Shown here: positions 62,934 to 64,000 of the stretch, one piece after another
How the letters are laid out: the number at the start of each line of letters is the position of its first letter
Position numbering within the stretch: the stretch's first letter is position 1
NCBI RefSeq assembly: GCF_006345805.1
Contig: NC_042998.1
Location: 206,088,001 to 206,152,000 of the forward strand
Source of the DNA: Octopus sinensis
Lineage: Eukaryota
DNA length: 64,000 nucleotides
Reading direction: 5' to 3'
Notes under the pieces: model-generated
Databases searched by the model: none
What the model was told of the DNA's origin: nothing
The model's input: the letters and a program-made list of their open reading frames with translations, nothing else
Translations under genes and position numbers: made by a program

Positions 62934-64000
62934 TACTAGCAGCATAACCCGGCATTGCCTGGGTATGTAAGAAACTTTGTCGATAAGCAATGCCCTTTAC
63001 CTTTTTTGTACTCATTGAACCGTTATTTTGTAAAATGAAGCCTAAAAGGCATGAAGGCACCGTTCCCTTGCATGCATGAAGAAAATCTATGACAGTCAAA
63101 GTGCATTTTCTGGTTTTGTTTAGCACACCCAACCCAGTTCTGCGGGATCAGTGTCATGACGGGAACGTATGGGTTGAGAGTTTGACAGGCAGAGGTGATA
63201 AGGTTGCACATGCCGGCCCTTTTGAACCCCCCCCGAACCCAAGTTGTGTTCGGACCACAGCTAAGCCCTACCTAATCCTGACTTAAGTCTAGCGAAAGGG
63301 GACTCGGGAGCCTCTAGTAGGCAACGACTAATCCCGATCTAGTCCTTTCCCTCTAAGGAACGAAGGCGCTTGTGTAGGTTGCAACGTCTTCTCTTCACTC
63401 CAATACTTCTATGTATACGACGTTCCAAGCTGAAGCGGCAAAAATCGACTAAATCGCCTGAAATCTGCGAACTATTTAACAAAAGTCAGTTTTGTAGGGT
63501 TCGCATGGTCGGTCTCAAAGTGATATGGTTTTGTCGATTTCTCCCAATACTTGTTAACTGCATTGACAAAAGGTCGTTAGTTTGACATTTAATGCAAACT
63601 TGATGTCTAACATCGGTGTAGGGAAAATCTATGTGAACTTTCAAAAATTATCGCAGAAAAATCGGTTTGCTATGTGTGCCACATATGATATAATTAACCG
63701 ATTTTTTCCAGTAATAACGTATCCTATTGGAATCAAAAGGGCCATATAGCTCCTTGGAGCAGACATGATGCTCGCTGTGAATTTCAAAATAAATTCTTGC
63801 CAATTTGTTAAAGATATTGTCGAAAATATGTCATCTTGAATTTGAATGCGATTTCCCAAAATGGCATGATTTTATCAATTTTTTTCTGATGGTAAGGTAT
63901 TGCATGGAAAACTAACGTCAGAATTAAGTTCCTTAGGGTAACATTAAGCTTCAGCATGAGTTTGGTGAAAATCGATTGCAAGTTGCGAAAACTACAACGG
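62934..64000 (+). mobile_element. Helentron/DINE-like non-autonomous element, runs off the window
   Basis: Start TACTAGCAGCATAACCCGGCATTGCCTGGG typical of such elements; AGTTTGGTGAAAATCG motif near 63960; related remnant at 48281-48319. Confidence 0.5.

Noticed and set aside
63290-63350. HDV-like ribozyme suggested by GGCAAC...CTAA-TCCCG
   Set aside because: Not enough sequence between the P2 strands to fit P3, L3 and P1; topology does not match

Overview
AT-rich eukaryotic DNA made up mostly of repeats. No host protein-coding gene can be supported with confidence, so the window is probably intergenic or intronic. The repeat repertoire suggests a cephalopod genome, probably Octopus (inference from pattern recognition, not a database match): RTE LINEs with (GAT)n tails, several tRNA-derived SINE families, CR1-like LINEs, mariners and very long (AT)n tracts. 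Recognised content: two CR1-like LINE families; at least three RTE-like lineages; three mariner copies with paired TIRs; a TTAA-flanked piggyBac-type MITE; a Helentron/DINE-like element; and many SINEs and microsatellites. Most notable observations: (1) three short AT-rich elements next to (TA)n tracts that carry minimal type-I hammerhead-ribozyme motifs. The one at 30371-30405 has a complete core; those at 49905-49946 and 29423-29519 are degenerate and lie between inverted repeats. Together they resemble Penelope-like/retrozyme-like non-autonomous elements. (2) A ~1 kb palindrome with no spacer (23277-24279), next to splice signals of a possible first exon. (3) An RTE LINE whose 3' UTR has expanded into a six-unit higher-order array, whose RT ORF contains a canonical C4HC3 PHD-type finger, and which is fused directly to a CR1 ORF inside a split SINE. 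(4) An RTE copy ending in three C2H2 fingers. (5) An RTE-X-like copy with a twin-priming-like 5' inversion. Boundaries of old elements are approximate (tens of bp).
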